Assembly: GCA_951406725.2 (NCBI GenBank)
Contig: OX597820.1
Span: forward strand, 54,932,001-54,996,000
Direction: 5' to 3'
Origin: Octopus vulgaris
Taxonomy: Eukaryota
Length of the DNA stretch: 64,000 bases
Shown here: positions 63,900-64,000 of the stretch, one piece after another
How positions within the stretch are numbered: the stretch's first letter is position 1
Layout of the letters: each line of letters starts with the position of its first letter
Translations under genes and position numbers: made by a program
Notes under the pieces: generated by a model
What the model was told of the DNA's origin: nothing
Database searches by the model: none
What the model saw: the letters and a program-made list of their open reading frames with translations, nothing else

Positions 63900-64000
63900 A
63901 ATGATGTTTGCTGGTAGAATTGGATAAGTTAGATCTGAAATAAACAGCAGAAAGCCTGAGAGGAAGTTTTTATGAAATGATGTAAGATAGCAATACATGT

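Noticed and set aside
63935-63998. N-terminal extension of the GnRH ORF in the ORF track (MYCYLTS..)
   Set aside because: Lies upstream of a clear splice acceptor and is therefore intronic. The C-terminal VSSAYPS is likewise read-through of the donor.

Overview
AT-rich, repeat-dense animal genomic DNA, almost certainly from an octopus (identified by the 'oct-GnRH' precursor and octopus-type SINEs). The + strand carries nine consecutive, phase-compatible coding exons (5911-50935, 1121 nt, about 373 codons) of a RUN-and-FYVE-domain gene (RUFY1/2/3 family). Its first exon lies upstream and its FYVE-coding exons are not in the window. On the - strand at 62284-63934 is the complete CDS of the 89-aa oct-GnRH/corazonin-type prepropeptide (pQNYHFSNGWHPG-amide), apparently nested antisense inside a RUFY intron. 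Introns are filled with tRNA-derived SINEs, R4/Dong-like and RTE LINE fragments, a mariner fold-back, piggyBac and hAT MITEs, a non-autonomous Helitron, micro/minisatellites and hairpins. The least expected signal: four sequence-unrelated inverted-repeat elements each carry an outward-facing, decayed minimal type-I hammerhead ribozyme motif, consistent with Penelope-like or retrozyme-type retroelements. All calls were made by eye; no database searches were run.
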